Source: Halocafeteria seosinensis
Lineage: Eukaryota
DNA length: 20,000 bases
Assembly (NCBI GenBank): GCA_001687465.1
Contig: LVLI01000201.1
Span: 123,667 to 143,666 of the forward strand
Direction of reading: 5' to 3'
Both the position numbers and the translations under genes were made by a program. Below, piece by piece: positions 18,649 to 20,000 of the stretch. The first letter of the stretch is position 1; each line of letters opens with the position of its first letter. The notes under the pieces were generated by a model that did not search any database, had not been told where the DNA came from, and saw only the letters and a list, made by a program, of their open reading frames with translations.

Positions 18649-19954
18649 TTCAAATTCGAAGCTGTTGAACTCAAAATGAAGGTACGCACCACCTTTCCCT
18701 CCTCCGTAATTGTCATCTCGGCCATGAGCACACCCACCACTACCCATCTCGCTAGGTAGGAACACGTCTCCGTACGCGAGCATTCCGTTTTCCTTCTTCA
18801 CGAACGTTTCCACGTCTTCTGGACTTCCCAGACCACCGTAGGAAGCACCACGGTGCGAGTTTGTGTTCGGACTTCCCGGTCCGCTACAACTTGGGTAGCC
18901 CTTCCCAATGCCTTCAAGCTGACACCCCTCACTGACATAAAACCGTGAGGACAACAGCTCAATACGGCCAAAGAGAGACATGGTAGCAGCATCCAAGAGC
19001 GTTAGCATCGAACGCGCTGTCAAATTCGAATGATACAAATTCAATTTCCCGTTCCCACTGAGGGTCAACGAAGTTAAGTCGAACGGATCGTAACCTGTCG
19101 ATTTGGTCCGATCAATGGTCATCTCAGCGTTCCATGAGACACTAAGGTCTTTCAAACCACGCCATTGCCCTTTCACGACTATAGGCACAGATTTCACCGT
19201 TACCACGGACGGAGTTACAAACTCACCTTCCGGTTTGACATCGATTCCCACCGACGTCAACGCCAGTCCAACCTGATCGAGGTGATAGGTCCCCACGCTC
19301 ATCCGCATAAATACTGAGTCAGTTTGCTCATACAAACGTGCATACGTAAAGCCGTGCTTTAGTTCACTCGAGGACGCAGGAGTTGCAGGAATGGATGTGT
19401 CAATAGATGTGGTGCCGAGCAAACCACTTTGGCCATCGACTATGGTCCATTTTGAGCTCGTATCACCGGAAAGGTGCCCTATCGAGAAAATGGATCTGTT
19501 GGCTGCTGTCATCTCGGTCAAATACCATCGGAGACCACCCCGTCGCACAAGTCGAACCGACTCAAAATGCAAAGACTCTTCAGGCTGGATCAATACAGCT
19601 TCCAAAGGGGTATCCAAGTTATTCTGCCCATTGTCTACAATCAAATGACTGGACGCGTTCTCCCCGCATTCGTGATAAAATGTGCCAGGACCGGAGTGTG
19701 TAAAAGAAGTAGGGTCCTCAGGACTTGACGTGTACGATACACCACCAAACGCTTCCACTGTGAAGACATCTAAACCATGATCATCGATCACGCTGTCACA
19801 ATACATTGCTACGCGACCTCCACCACCACCCAAACCATCATGTGAGTGACTTCTAACTCGACCTCCCATTCCTCCATTCACTTTGATCCGGCCAAAACTG
19901 TCTTTCAGTTGTCCAGTGCGAAACAGTAGGGCGCCTCCTGATCCTCCACCAGGC
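18634..19954 (-). CDS. Internal exon of a giant Gly-rich repeat / beta-helix-like surface protein, 5'-partial and apparently 3'-truncated
   Basis: Splice acceptor TGTACAG| at 19955. The exon encodes GGGSGGALLF...IKVNGGMGG...GGGGGRVAMY...GPGTFY and GASYGGLG...YGDVFLPSEMGSGG...GGKGGAYLHF, repeat motifs typical of large uncharacterised Gly-rich proteins of protists and invertebrates. The frame stops at FEFEG-HTG*, mid-repeat. Confidence 0.8.
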
Positions 19955-20000
19955 CTGTACATCCAACGGTATATAGACAAACAAATACATACAACACACG

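Noticed and set aside
18560..18690. Rescue of the minus-strand gene by splicing from GTGCGT (~18688) to nearby AG acceptors
   Set aside because: The nearest acceptors give stops within a few codons, and the farther one only reads the antisense of the + exon.

Overview
This is a compact, intron-containing eukaryotic genomic window. Introns are short (59-131 nt, GT..AG), and the organism is probably a flagellated protist (inferred from gene content; lineage not determinable). In order, it holds: (1) the 3' part of a divergent Rer1-like gene; (2) a ~3.2-3.3 kb tandem duplication, each copy carrying a 2-exon gene for an uncharacterised ~435-aa protein with an acidic N-terminus, a basic NLS-like region and a split CxxC...HxxxxH (BED-finger-like) domain; (3) an intronless 1603-aa fusion of 3 NDK, one Dpy-30 and 5 adenylate-kinase domains; (4) a convergent 11-exon divergent COP9 signalosome subunit 2; (5) a 3-exon LAMMER/CLK kinase with RS-rich regions on both sides; (6) a solitary 5S rRNA gene with TATA box and poly-T terminator; (7) two opposite-strand fragments that look like parts of a giant Gly-rich surface protein and collide at ~18645, suggesting an inversion breakpoint that may be biological or an assembly/amplification artefact. 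All family calls come from motif recognition by eye; no database searches were run.
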